A DNA stretch of 64,000 bases, taken from the NCBI GenBank assembly GCA_963707635.1, contig OY970173.1, positions 2,801,489-2,865,488 of the forward strand, in the 5' to 3' direction. The notes below the pieces were generated by a model. It saw nothing but the letters and a program-made list of their open reading frames with translations, searched no databases and was not told the DNA's origin. The DNA comes from Candidatus Latescibacterota bacterium. GTDB taxonomy: Bacteria; Krumholzibacteriota; Krumholzibacteriia; WVZY01; JAKEHA01. Position 1 is the stretch's first letter. Each line of letters begins with the position of its first letter. A program made the position numbers and the translations under genes. Shown piece after piece: positions 48,315 through 57,914 of the stretch.

Positions 48315-49265
48315 ATGGCAGCGAAAAAGATTCTGGCGGTGGTGGGTGCGACCGGGGCCCAGGGCGGTTCTCTAGCGCGCGCGATCCTGGGCGACAAGGC
48401 GGGTGATTTCAGCCTGCGCGCGATCACGCGCAAGGTCGATTCCGACAAGGCGAAGGAGCTCAAGAAGTCGGGAGCGGAGGTAGTCGCCGCCGACCTCGAC
48501 GACGTCGAGAGCCTCAAGCGCGCGTTCGACGGCGCCTACGGTGCGTTCTGCATCACGAATTTCTGGGAGCACTTTTCCGCCGAGAAGGAATTCACGCAGG
48601 CAAACCACATGGCGAAAGCCGCGAAGCACGCGAACGTGAAGCACGTCATCTGGTCGACGCTCGAAGACACGCGCCGGTGGGTGCCCTTAAGCGACGACCG
48701 CATGCCGACGCTGGGGGGCAAGTACAAGGTGCCGCACTTCGACGGCAAGGGCGAGGCGGATCACCTGTTCACCGAGGTCGGCGTCCCGACGACGTTTCTG
48801 CTGACATCCTTCTACTGGGAGAACCTCATCTATTTCGGCGCGGGCCCGAAACCCGGGCCGGACGGCAAGCTCGCCCTTACCTATCCGATGGGCGACAAGA
48901 AGCTCCCCGGCATCGCGGTCGAAGACATCGGCAAGTGCGCGTACGCGGTGTTCAAGAAGGGGAACCAGTTCGTGAACAAGACGATCGGGATCGCCGGCGA
49001 GCACCTGACCGGCGCGCAGATGGCGGCAGCGTTGACGAAGGCGCTGGGCCAGGAAGTCCGCTACAACTCCGTGACGCCGGAAGTGTACCGGAGCTTCGGC
49101 TTCCCGGGCGCGGACGACATGGGCAACATGTTCCAGTTCAAGCGCGACTTCGAGTCGGTGTTCTGCGGGGCGCGGAGTCTGGAGTTTTCGCGGTCGCTCA
49201 ATCCCGCGATGCTGACCTTCGACGCGTGGCTCGCGCGCAACAAGGACCGCATCCCGCTCACGTAA
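48315..49265 (+). CDS. NmrA-family NAD(P)-binding protein
   Basis: Rossmann motif ILAVVGATGAQGGSLARAIL at the N-terminus; 316 aa. Confidence 0.65.
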   Translation: MAAKKILAVVGATGAQGGSLARAILGDKAGDFSLRAITRKVDSDKAKELKKSGAEVVAADLDDVESLKRAFDGAYGAFCITNFWEHFSAEKEFTQANHMAKAAKHANVKHVIWSTLEDTRRWVPLSDDRMPTLGGKYKVPHFDGKGEADHLFTEVGVPTTFLLTSFYWENLIYFGAGPKPGPDGKLALTYPMGDKKLPGIAVEDIGKCAYAVFKKGNQFVNKTIGIAGEHLTGAQMAAALTKALGQEVRYNSVTPEVYRSFGFPGADDMGNMFQFKRDFESVFCGARSLEFSRSLNPAMLTFDAWLARNKDRIPLT

Positions 49266-49313
49266 GCCCGAACGAACGATTGGCGCGGGTGGCGAGGCGA
49301 CAGGACCCGCGCG

Positions 49314-50459
49314 CTACAAGCCAAGTAGCGGGCCGATGATGGTGCGCTGGATTTCCGACGTGCCCGAGTACAGGGTGCTGGCGAGGGCGTCGCGCAGCTC
49401 GCGCTCGATGCCGTATTCCACCATGTAGCCGTAGCCGCCGTGGATCTGGAGCGCGTGGCGGGCGCACTCGACCCACGACTCGCTGATGTAGAGCTTGGCC
49501 AGCGCGGCCTCGAGGTACACGCTCCGGCCCCGGGACTTTTGCCAGGCCGACTGGTACAGGAGGCCGCGGGCAGTCTCGAGGCGGATCTTCATGTCGACGA
49601 TCTTTGACGAGATCAGCTGGAACTTGCCGATCGGCTGCCCGAACTGCTCGCGCTCGTTGGCGTAGCGGATCGACGTTTCCAGCAGCCGCCGCATCGCTCC
49701 CACCGCGCCGGCCAGGATGCAGCCGCGCTCCCACGACATCGAGTCGGCGAAGAGCATCTTGCCGGCGCCCTCGCGGCCGAGCCGGTTCGCCTCCGGCACC
49801 ACGCAGTCTTCGAAAAACACCTCGCACATGGGCGAGGTCCGGATGCCCATCTTGTGCGTGTGCTTGCCCAGCGAAAGGCCCGGCGAGTTCCGTTCCACCA
49901 GGAAGCCGGTGACACCGTTGGGGCCGAGCGACGGGTCAATAGTAGCAAACGCGAGGTAGATATCCGCCACCGGGCCGTTGGACACGAACACCTTGCCGCC
50001 ATTGAGCACATAGGCGTCGCCCTTCTTCTTCGCCGTGGTGGCGATCGAATAGGCGTCGGAGCCCGAATTCGGCTCCGACATCGCGTTGGCGCCGATCAGC
50101 TCCCCGCTGCACAGCCTCGGCAGGAATTTCTTCTTCTGCTCCTCGGTTCCGAATCCCATCAGCGGCGTCTCGAGCGTCCACATGTGCGCGTTGATGGAGA
50201 ACACGAGTCCGTTGTCCTGGCACCCGTAGCCGAGACTCTCGAGCACGCCGACGGTGGTGAGCGCGTCCATGCCCATGCCGCCGTATTCGACCGGAACCGG
50301 GAGCCCGTGCACACCCATGGCCGCGCACTTCTTCCAGCCCTCGCGGTTGAACTCGCCCTTCTGATCGCGCTCGATGATGCCGTCGTTGAGTTCCTCGCGC
50401 GCGAATTTCGCGATGCTCTCGCGCAGCTGGGTTTGCTCTTCGGACCAGGAGAAATCCAT
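49314..50459 (-). CDS. Acyl-CoA dehydrogenase family flavoprotein
   Basis: 381 aa from ATG MDFSWSEEQ...; ACAD-family pattern including the C-terminal ...ALQIHGGYGYMVEYGIERELRDA...YSGTSEIQ. The upstream part of the 712-aa track ORF is an out-of-frame overlap with the next gene and is not used. Confidence 0.8.
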   Translation of the reverse strand: MDFSWSEEQTQLRESIAKFAREELNDGIIERDQKGEFNREGWKKCAAMGVHGLPVPVEYGGMGMDALTTVGVLESLGYGCQDNGLVFSINAHMWTLETPLMGFGTEEQKKKFLPRLCSGELIGANAMSEPNSGSDAYSIATTAKKKGDAYVLNGGKVFVSNGPVADIYLAFATIDPSLGPNGVTGFLVERNSPGLSLGKHTHKMGIRTSPMCEVFFEDCVVPEANRLGREGAGKMLFADSMSWERGCILAGAVGAMRRLLETSIRYANEREQFGQPIGKFQLISSKIVDMKIRLETARGLLYQSAWQKSRGRSVYLEAALAKLYISESWVECARHALQIHGGYGYMVEYGIERELRDALASTLYSGTSEIQRTIIGPLLGL

Positions 50460-50464
50460 GTTCG

Positions 50465-52030
50465 CTACTCCATCTTCATGAGGGTCTGATAGTCGGTCTT
50501 CTCGGTGGATGTCTTGGGCAGCTCGGCGTGAAAGCTGAACACGTCCGGGATCATGTACACCGGCAGGTGCTCGGCGCAAAACGCCTTGAGCTTGATCAGC
50601 GAGAGCCGGGCACCGTCGCGGGTGGCGAGGTGGGCGCGCACCTTCATCCCGAGCTCCTCGTCGGGCAGCGCCACCACCGCAGCCTCGCGAATGTCCGGGT
50701 GCCGGTACAGACACGACTCGATCTCGCCCAGCTCGACCCGGTAGCCGCGTTTCTTGACCATGCGATCCTTGCGGCCGGCGTAGGTGTAGTTGCCGCCACC
50801 GGCTTCGGTCACGATGTCGCCCGTCTTGTACCAGCGTACCGCCGCCGCGCGCGGGCCGGTGTCGAGGTAGGCCTTGGCGGTCTGCTCGGGCAAACTCCAG
50901 TAGCCCGAGGTCACCGACGGACCGCTGATGCACAGCTCGCCGCGCTCGCCCCGGGGCACATCGTTTCCCCCCTCGTCGACGACCACGGCTTCCAAATGCG
51001 AGCACACGACACCGATGGGAAACGGGTCGACCCGATCGGCGGGAATCTCCGGGGGCAGCTCGTAGAATGTGCACACGTTCGTCTCGGTGGGCCCGTACAG
51101 GTTGAAGTACCGCGGCTTCGGCATGATCTTGTGCAGCGCCTTCAGGTGGACGATCGGAAACACCTCGCCGGCGAAGAGCACGGTGCGAATGTGGGAGAGA
51201 TCGTAGGTCTCGAGCTTCCCATACTGCACGAGCAGGCTCAAGATGGACGGAGTCGAGTACCACACCGTGATCCGGGCATCGTGGATCAACTGCGCGAGCT
51301 TCTGCGGCTCCTTGCCCACGTCCTCGGGGATCAGGGCGAGCGTGGCGCCGTGCTTGAGCGGGGTGTAGATGTCGAGGATCGACAGGTCGAAATGAAACGG
51401 CGCGTGCGACGAAAACACGTCCGCCGGCACGGGCGAAAACGTCTCGCTGCACCAGTCCACGAAGCTGGTTGCGTTGCGGTGGGACAGCATTACGCCCTTG
51501 GGTCTCCCGGTGGACCCCGACGTGTAGAGGATGTACGCCAGCGCGTCGGCGTCGGGATACACGCTCGACGTCGCCGGGGCCGGCGTCTTCGCATCGCCGG
51601 CGTCCAATGCGTCGCGCAGCCCGCCTCCCCCACCGACATGGCCCAGCACGATCAGCGCGGGGCTCGAACCCTCGCGCGCGAGCTCGCTGCGCAGGGTCGC
51701 TTCGAAGCGCTTCTCGGTGACCGCCACCTTCACCGAACAGTTGTTCAGGATGTACGCGTTGCGTGTCGCCGGCGCGGTCGGGTCGACGGGCACGTAGGCC
51801 GCGCCGGCCTTGAGCGTCCCGAAGATCGCGGCCACCGTGTCGATCGACTTGCCGAGATAGATACCCACGCGATCGCCCGGCCGGACGCCGAGGTGGACGA
51901 GGCGGTCGCGCAGGCGGTCGGACAATCCGCCGAGCTCGCCGTACGTGATCGCCGCGTCGCCCGGCTCGCGGATCGCCGTCTTTGTGGCGAAGCGGGTCAC
52001 CGAATGGTCCAGATATTCGTGCAACGTCAT
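50465..52030 (-). CDS. Stand-alone adenylation (AMP-binding) enzyme, NRPS A-domain-like
   Basis: A-domain-like core motifs: LKAGAAYVPVDP, YILYTSGSTGRPKGV, NLYGPTE, YKTGD, GRKDRMVKKRGYRVELGEIE, ELPKTSTEKTDY. Confidence 0.8.
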   Translation of the reverse strand: MTLHEYLDHSVTRFATKTAIREPGDAAITYGELGGLSDRLRDRLVHLGVRPGDRVGIYLGKSIDTVAAIFGTLKAGAAYVPVDPTAPATRNAYILNNCSVKVAVTEKRFEATLRSELAREGSSPALIVLGHVGGGGGLRDALDAGDAKTPAPATSSVYPDADALAYILYTSGSTGRPKGVMLSHRNATSFVDWCSETFSPVPADVFSSHAPFHFDLSILDIYTPLKHGATLALIPEDVGKEPQKLAQLIHDARITVWYSTPSILSLLVQYGKLETYDLSHIRTVLFAGEVFPIVHLKALHKIMPKPRYFNLYGPTETNVCTFYELPPEIPADRVDPFPIGVVCSHLEAVVVDEGGNDVPRGERGELCISGPSVTSGYWSLPEQTAKAYLDTGPRAAAVRWYKTGDIVTEAGGGNYTYAGRKDRMVKKRGYRVELGEIESCLYRHPDIREAAVVALPDEELGMKVRAHLATRDGARLSLIKLKAFCAEHLPVYMIPDVFSFHAELPKTSTEKTDYQTLMKME

Positions 52031-52046
52031 GGGCGCGACTTTAGGA

Positions 52047-52328
52047 TCAAAGCTTGCCGTGAACGAGTTTGGAAATGAGCGCCAGCGTGTTCAGGTTCTC
52101 GATATCGGCCTCGTGAGCCTCCACCGTGATGTTGAACTTCTGCTCGAGGAACGTCACCAGCTTGAGTGTCGCCAGCGAATCCAGGATCCCCGTGGTCACC
52201 AGCGGGGTGTCGTCGGTGAGCTCGTCCGGGTCCTCGCCCGGAAGGAACTCCGTCAGTATGTACTTCTTCACTACATCGTGAATTGCCTGTTGCTCCACGC
52301 CACTTCCTTTCGTTGGCAGTCCGTTCAT
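52047..52328 (-). CDS. Acyl/peptidyl carrier protein
   Basis: ~93 aa from internal ATG; phosphopantetheine attachment motif GILDSLATLKLV; 16 nt upstream of the adenylation gene. Confidence 0.65.
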   Translation of the reverse strand: MNGLPTKGSGVEQQAIHDVVKKYILTEFLPGEDPDELTDDTPLVTTGILDSLATLKLVTFLEQKFNITVEAHEADIENLNTLALISKLVHGKL

Positions 52329-52415
52329 CCGGCGGGCTGCTGCCCGAGCGAGGCCAGCATCCGTCCCCGCAAGTTTGTCGTGCAGCTGGTCGGCCAGCAA
52401 CCGGCCGGGGCAGGG

Positions 52416-52907
52416 CTAATCCTGGTATCCCTCGCAGAAGTCGACTTCCAGGATTTCGAACGTCTTCACGCCGACCGGAAGCCGCACGTCGACCACCTCG
52501 CCCCTGGCGTGGCCGATCAGCGCGCTCGCCAGCGGTGAGTTGTAGGCGATGACGCCGTTTTCGGGGTCGGTCTCGCCGTCGCCGAGAATCGTGCACTCGC
52601 GCTGGGCGCCGGTCTTGACGTCGCGAATCTTGATCTTCTTTCCGAACGTGACCGACTCCGCGGGAAGCAGCTCTTCCCTGCGCACGACGTTCGCGCCCGT
52701 GAATCGTTCCTGGAGTTGGCGCAATTTGGCGGCCGTGAGCACCTGCTTCTCCTTCGCCGCGTGGTACTCGCCGTTCTCCTTCAGGTCCCCGTGGGCGGCC
52801 GCCGTCGCGATCTCCTTCGCGATGTCGTTTTTCAGAAGCTTCTCGAGGCGGGCAATCTCGTCCCCGAGCTTGCGATACCCGTTTTCCGTAAAGAAATACT
52901 GAGCCAT
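52416..52907 (-). CDS. greA: Transcription elongation factor GreA
   Basis: 163 aa from MAQYFFTENGYRKLGDEIARLEK; conserved GDLKENGEYHAAKE and C-terminal ...NSPLASALIGHARGEVVDV. Confidence 0.85.
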   Translation of the reverse strand: MAQYFFTENGYRKLGDEIARLEKLLKNDIAKEIATAAAHGDLKENGEYHAAKEKQVLTAAKLRQLQERFTGANVVRREELLPAESVTFGKKIKIRDVKTGAQRECTILGDGETDPENGVIAYNSPLASALIGHARGEVVDVRLPVGVKTFEILEVDFCEGYQD

Positions 52908-53124
52908 ATCACCTTTCGTATTCCCGCGCTGACGTACCTCGACCGGGGGGATCACGACAAGCCCGTCGTTGGCAGGACCTCTATTGTAAACGGTCCCCAT
53001 GGCCCCCGTCCACATGCAGCCAACGCGCCACCCCGGGCCGGAGCTGGTGCGCCTCTTGCACAAGTGGAGCGCACACGGCAACTGAGACCCGGCACGAATC
53101 CGCTCCCGACATGGAGGCTTTGAA

Positions 53125-53701
53125 ATGAAACGAGTTAGTGTGGCCCTGGTGGCGATGGCAATTTGCACGTTGCTCGCCAGTCAGGCATCGGCCGCGGCAA
53201 ATCTTGCCCTGCGCGGCATCGGACTCAAGGCAGGCGTCGTCAATCCAGAGGAAGTGGACATGACGCTCGGCCTGGGGCTCATTGTCGACCTCGGCACCGT
53301 GCATCCCAATATCGCCCTGGAAAGCTACGCGGGGTTCTGGTCGCAGACCGAAGACTTCTACGGATCGGAATTCCGGGTGCGCGACATCGCCATCGGCGCG
53401 AAGGGCAAGTACTTGTTCAAGATCTCCAATCCCTCCGTGCAGCCCTTTGCCGGAGCCGGGCTCGGGACTTCACTTCCTCAACGCGAATGCGGAAACCCCA
53501 CCGTTCTCATTCGGCGGGGTTACCATTCCGGGAACATCCGTGGGCGACACCGACACCGAGCTCGGGCTGGATCTCGGCGGCGGGCTTCGCATCGACACCG
53601 GCAGCCAGTTCTCGTTCGTCGCGGAGAGCTGGTTCACACTCGTGAGCGACGTGAATCATTTCTCGCTGATGGCCGGCGCCGTCTACATGTTCGGCCGCTA
53701 G
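53125..53701 (+). CDS. Small outer-membrane beta-barrel-like protein, apparent frameshift near 53470
   Basis: Signal peptide (MKRVSVALVAMAICTLLASQASA). The N-terminal half is in the frame of ORF 53125..., the C-terminal half (...GLDLGGGLRIDTGSQFSFVAESWFTLVSDVNHFSLMAGAVYMFGR) in the frame of ORF 53282..53701; the switch is around ctcgggacttcacttcc. Confidence 0.55.
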
Positions 53702-53728
53702 CATCCGGGAGCGAGCACGCGCAAGAAG

Positions 53729-53760
53729 GCGCCCCGCGATGATTCGCGGGGCGCTTTTTC
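53729..53760. terminator. Intrinsic terminator between convergent genes
   Basis: gcgccccgcg-atgattc-gcggggcgc followed by tttttctt. Confidence 0.55.
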
Positions 53761-53761
53761 T

Positions 53762-54928
53762 TCAGCGTTCCGTCAGTTTCCGGAGATCCTTGATGCTCGT
53801 CTGCCCCTCCGGAACCGCCCGGGCCGGGACGTTGGACGCCGAGCTTCGGTAGCCCTCGAGAAATGTGAGCGCCTGTCTGGCGACCTCCGACTTCGGGGCC
53901 TGGCGGATCGATTTCTCGAGCAGGTAGTCGGTCTCCGAGATCCAGAACGAGTGGGAAACATACGACTCTGCCACCCCGAGAAGATAGTAGGCCTCCGCGA
54001 GGATCACATCGTCCTGCGGATTGGACCGCAGATACCGGTGCACGATCGTGATTGCGCCGATGAACTCGACCATGCGCGAGTGGTCCGACGCCGAGGCTGT
54101 CTTCTCCCTCGCGTCCGCCACCATGCGCCGCGCCGCACTCATCTCCTCACCCTTGGGGGGTTCGAGGTTCAGCGTCTCCAGCGACTTGATCCAGATTCGC
54201 GCTTGCGCCTTGACGTCTTCCGGCATGTCCGGACGGTTGACAAACTGCGTGAGCGTCGACACCGGACGCTTGGTATCGTACATGGCCCCGATGGAGACCC
54301 TGAGGTAGTTTTCGAACGTGTTGAACGTCGCCAGGTCCTCCGCGCTCACATTGGGAGAGAGAAAGGTCTCCTCGTATGTCTTCATGGCGTCGGAAAACTG
54401 GCGGCTGGCAACCTGGAGTTTGGCGCGAACGGCCGGGGGGAAGCTCTTCGCGTTGATGGCGTCGAGAAACTCCTTGCCGGGATCGAACGGTCTCTCGGCC
54501 GGCCGCTTGGTGTGGCACGTCACGCAGTTCTCGGTGATCTGGCCCACGATGAACCTCGACCCCATGTAGTTGGCGTCCCGAAAGCTATCGAGCGCTTCTT
54601 GCGAGTCTCTCGCAATGGACCGGCGCACAAAGTCGAAGCTCGGGTCGAGCCCACCGCCGTGCTCTTTCAGTTGGCCGGCACCCTCGCCGAGCGCTACCAG
54701 CAGGCGCCCGATTTCCTCGTGATTCTGTGGGTCTTCAAAGGCATCGGCATTGAGGGCGTACCGGTAGAGGTTGGAAACGACCACGAACAGGCCGCGCATC
54801 GCCGCCCAGGTGGCCGTCTGCCCGGATTCCTGTGACGATCCGACTCCTGCGCCAAGTGCGATCGTCACCGCCACGACACCGAACAACAGCACACCCCCTA
54901 GACGCCGCCTGGTTTTCATTTTACTCAC
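53762..54928 (-). CDS. Secreted mono-heme c-type cytochrome-like protein
   Basis: Signal peptide region (MSKMKTRRRLGGVLLFGVVAVTIALGAG) and a single CxxCH (CVTCH); otherwise unassigned. Confidence 0.5.
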   Translation of the reverse strand: MSKMKTRRRLGGVLLFGVVAVTIALGAGVGSSQESGQTATWAAMRGLFVVVSNLYRYALNADAFEDPQNHEEIGRLLVALGEGAGQLKEHGGGLDPSFDFVRRSIARDSQEALDSFRDANYMGSRFIVGQITENCVTCHTKRPAERPFDPGKEFLDAINAKSFPPAVRAKLQVASRQFSDAMKTYEETFLSPNVSAEDLATFNTFENYLRVSIGAMYDTKRPVSTLTQFVNRPDMPEDVKAQARIWIKSLETLNLEPPKGEEMSAARRMVADAREKTASASDHSRMVEFIGAITIVHRYLRSNPQDDVILAEAYYLLGVAESYVSHSFWISETDYLLEKSIRQAPKSEVARQALTFLEGYRSSASNVPARAVPEGQTSIKDLRKLTER

Positions 54929-54987
54929 CTCGCTGAGTTCAAGTAGTTCCGTCCATGCGACCAGGATTTCGCGGCCGTTGCAAGCTA

Positions 54988-55064
54988 TGGCGACCCCGCC
55001 AGGGATTGAACCTGGAACATCCAGCTTAGAAGGCTGGTGCTCTATCCAATTGAGCTACGGGGTC
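54988..55064 (-). tRNA. tRNA-Arg (anticodon TCT), CCA encoded
   Basis: Hand-folded: acceptor GACCCCG / CGGGGUC, anticodon arm CCAGC-CUUCUAA-GCUGG (anticodon UCU), T-arm CCAGG-UUCAAUC-CCUGG, discriminator G, CCA. Confidence 0.85.
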
Positions 55065-55170
55065 GCTTCTCGAATAATAGCACGCGGAATACCGCGAGTG
55101 CGTCCCCGGAAACGAGAAGCGGCCGGTCGTCGTTCGGCCGGCCGCTCCGTCGCAACTGTACGAAGGCCGT

Positions 55171-57108
55171 CTAGGCCTGCTTCCCGCCCATCGCCTTGCG
55201 GTAGAGCGTCCACGCCATGAACCCGAGGCCGGCCAGCGATACCAGCAGCATCACGCCATTCGACGCCCACGGCGCCACCAGCGGCATGTTCAACTTTGCC
55301 ACCACCAGCCCGGCGATGACGATTCCCATGATCGCCTCCCCGGCCACCAGGCCCGACGAGAACAGGAACCCGCGGTGAATTACCGCCATGTGGGCGTCGC
55401 CGGTGAGCCCCTTGCGGCGCGCGCGCGTGTCGATTATTCGGTACACGACGCCGCCCACCAAAAGCGGTGTCGTCACCGTGAGCGGCAGATACATGCCGAC
55501 CGCGAGCGGCATCACGTGCAGGCGAAACGCGGTGTTCCGCGGCGCCAGAAACATCCGGTCGATCACGATGGCCGCGATCCCGACCGACGCCCCCGCAAAC
55601 AGGAGTCCCCACGGCATCGGCTGGTGGGTGAAGATGGTGCCGACGAGCTGACGGAACATCATCGCCTGCGGCGCCGCGAGTTCGTTCGCGCCCTCGAACG
55701 CCGGCCTGCCGATTCCGTATGCCCGGTGCAGCAAGGTCAGCACCGGCGCGATCATGAACGACGCCAGCACGGTCCCCCAGATTGCCGACCACTGCTGCCG
55801 GCGGGGCGTCCCGCCGACGATGTAGCTGATCTTCAAGTCCTGGCATATATCGCCGGATAACGACGCCGCGCAACACACCACCCCGGCCACGCCGAGGGTG
55901 GCCAGCATCCCTCGCTCCCCGGTGAAGCCGAAGAGCAGGATGACTCCCGCCGCGATCAGCACGGTGCAGATGGTCATGCCCGAGGTCGGGCTGTTGGAGG
56001 ACCCCACCAGCCCGACGATGTACGCCGCCACCGCGACAAAGAAAAACGCGAGAAAGAACATCAGGACCGTGGTGACGATCGTCACCGGCGTGCTGCCGGT
56101 CATCCGGATGTACACGGCCGCCATCAGCACCATGCACAGGGCGGTCAGCCCGATGAGCCACTTGCCCCGTATGTCCTGCTCGGTGCGAAGCATCGAGCCG
56201 GTGTCGCCGTGGCGAAAACTGTGCAGCGCGCTCGCGATTCCGGCGCGAATGCTCCCGGCCACTTTGATGATCGAATACACGCCTCCGACCACCATGGCGC
56301 CGATCCCGAAGAAACGAATCTTCTGGTCCCAGATGTTGTTCACGAAGGCGGTCACGTCGCCGCCGAAATCGCCGCCCATCGCCAGAATCGGGACGGCGAC
56401 CCAGAAGCTGATCAGGCCCCCCAGGACGATGAGCATGCTCACTTCGAACCCGCAGATGAAGCCCACCGCCATCAGCATCGGCGAATTGTCGATGCCCCCG
56501 TAGATCGCGGTCTTTCCGACCCGGAACGCCTTCTCGAGGTGCGGGATCATCAGGCCGGCGACGTCGACGACGATCTTGTAGATCGCACCCACGCCCAGGG
56601 CGCCGAAGATGCCCTTCATCTCCTCGCCGCCGCGGTCGCCCGCCTTGAGCACCTCCGCGCACGCCACCCCCTCCGGGAAACGCAGCTCCTTCTGCTCGAT
56701 CACCATCGCCTTCCGCAGCGGCACCATCATGGTGACGCCGATCACCCCGCCGGCGAGCGCGATCATCGTCGTCTCCAGATAGTTGAAATGGGTCCACAGC
56801 CCGAGCAGGACGATGGCCGGAACGGTGAAGATTACCCCCGCCGCGAGCGACTCGCCGGCGCTGGCGATCGCGTGCACGATGTTGTTTTCCAGGATGGTGC
56901 CGCGGCGGAACATGCCGCGCAGCACCCCCATCGAGATCACCGACGCCGGGATGGCGGCGCTCACCGTCATGCCGGCGTAGAGTCCGACGTAGACGTTCGC
57001 GCCGCACATGAGCAGGCACAGGATGCTCCCGAGCACGAGCGCGCGCAGACTCGTCTCCGCCATCGTCGTCGTTTCGGCGGGCACATAGGGTCGGAATTCG
57101 TTGGCCAT
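55171..57108 (-). CDS. OPT-family oligopeptide transporter
   Basis: 645-aa polytopic membrane protein; overall pattern resembles the OPT family as I recall it. Confidence 0.7.
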   Translation of the reverse strand: MANEFRPYVPAETTTMAETSLRALVLGSILCLLMCGANVYVGLYAGMTVSAAIPASVISMGVLRGMFRRGTILENNIVHAIASAGESLAAGVIFTVPAIVLLGLWTHFNYLETTMIALAGGVIGVTMMVPLRKAMVIEQKELRFPEGVACAEVLKAGDRGGEEMKGIFGALGVGAIYKIVVDVAGLMIPHLEKAFRVGKTAIYGGIDNSPMLMAVGFICGFEVSMLIVLGGLISFWVAVPILAMGGDFGGDVTAFVNNIWDQKIRFFGIGAMVVGGVYSIIKVAGSIRAGIASALHSFRHGDTGSMLRTEQDIRGKWLIGLTALCMVLMAAVYIRMTGSTPVTIVTTVLMFFLAFFFVAVAAYIVGLVGSSNSPTSGMTICTVLIAAGVILLFGFTGERGMLATLGVAGVVCCAASLSGDICQDLKISYIVGGTPRRQQWSAIWGTVLASFMIAPVLTLLHRAYGIGRPAFEGANELAAPQAMMFRQLVGTIFTHQPMPWGLLFAGASVGIAAIVIDRMFLAPRNTAFRLHVMPLAVGMYLPLTVTTPLLVGGVVYRIIDTRARRKGLTGDAHMAVIHRGFLFSSGLVAGEAIMGIVIAGLVVAKLNMPLVAPWASNGVMLLVSLAGLGFMAWTLYRKAMGGKQA

Positions 57109-57175
57109 CGCTTCCTCCCAGGGTTCCGGGCATTATCTCCGGGACGGCACCCGGCCACAAACAAAAACGGCTCCC

Positions 57176-57191
57176 GAATTCGAGAGCCGTT
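57176..57191 (-). terminator. Intrinsic terminator after the cupredoxin gene
   Basis: Minus sense: AACGGCUCUCGAAUUCGGGAGCCGUU followed by UUUUGUUUG. Confidence 0.5.
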
Positions 57192-57219
57192 CCTGTCAGC
57201 AATTGCCGGGAAACGTCCG

Positions 57220-57654
57220 TTATTCGGTCGCCGCGTACAGCGCCTTGATGGCACCCCACGTTGACGACTGGACCGCCACCGGGTTGGCATTCACCCTGAT
57301 GCTGCCGGTCATGCCGCTGAAGCAGTGAATAACGCAATAGTACGGATAGAGTCCGGCGACGTTGAACGTGACGAACGACGAAAAGGCCGCGGCGTTCAAG
57401 TACCCCGTGTCCCACAGACCGTCCGGCGTGTCGCAGTCGGGACCGCTGGTCGAGGTGTGCTGCAACGTGGTTTGATTCCGCCAGCGCACGCGGTCTCCCG
57501 CAACAATGACGAGATCCTTCGGCGAGAAACTGCCTCCGGCCGTATTCGTCATGTTCACGGTGTAGTCGGTCGACGACGACGGAACCGCGGCGAGGGTCAC
57601 GGCCAAGGCTGCCATAATACCGAACAGGACAACTGCCCGATCACTGAGGCGCAT
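57220..57654 (-). CDS. Secreted blue-copper (cupredoxin, plastocyanin/azurin-like) protein
   Basis: Signal peptide (MRLSDRAVVLFGIMAALAVTLAA); type-1 copper ligand pattern YYCVIHCFSGMTG (Cys-x-x-His-x-x-x-x-Met). C-terminus ...STWGAIKALYAATE. The longer track ORF start overlaps tRNA-Pro and is rejected. Confidence 0.7.
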   Translation of the reverse strand: MRLSDRAVVLFGIMAALAVTLAAVPSSSTDYTVNMTNTAGGSFSPKDLVIVAGDRVRWRNQTTLQHTSTSGPDCDTPDGLWDTGYLNAAAFSSFVTFNVAGLYPYYCVIHCFSGMTGSIRVNANPVAVQSSTWGAIKALYAATE

Positions 57655-57790
57655 AAGAGCCCTCCGACGGTGAATAGCCAACTGCAACGTTGGGATTCTA
57701 TCACGCCCGGATCGGGAATCATAGCAAAGATATGCAAACGGCGAGGCAACCGGCTGCTGCGAATAGTGTTCGGTGGCTCGGCGGAAGGAG

Positions 57791-57867
<77 letters not shown>

Positions 57868-57914
57868 ACCCGAACCGGAGTCTATCACATGCCGGTGTTA
57901 CCGGCGCATCGGCA

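Noticed and set aside
49314-51452. 712-aa ORF suggesting a fused acyl-CoA dehydrogenase with a long N-terminal extension
   Set aside because: The N-terminal 330 aa are an out-of-frame overlap with the adenylation-enzyme gene; the dehydrogenase starts at the internal ATG at 50459 (MDFSWSEEQ), 5 nt after the adenylation gene stop.
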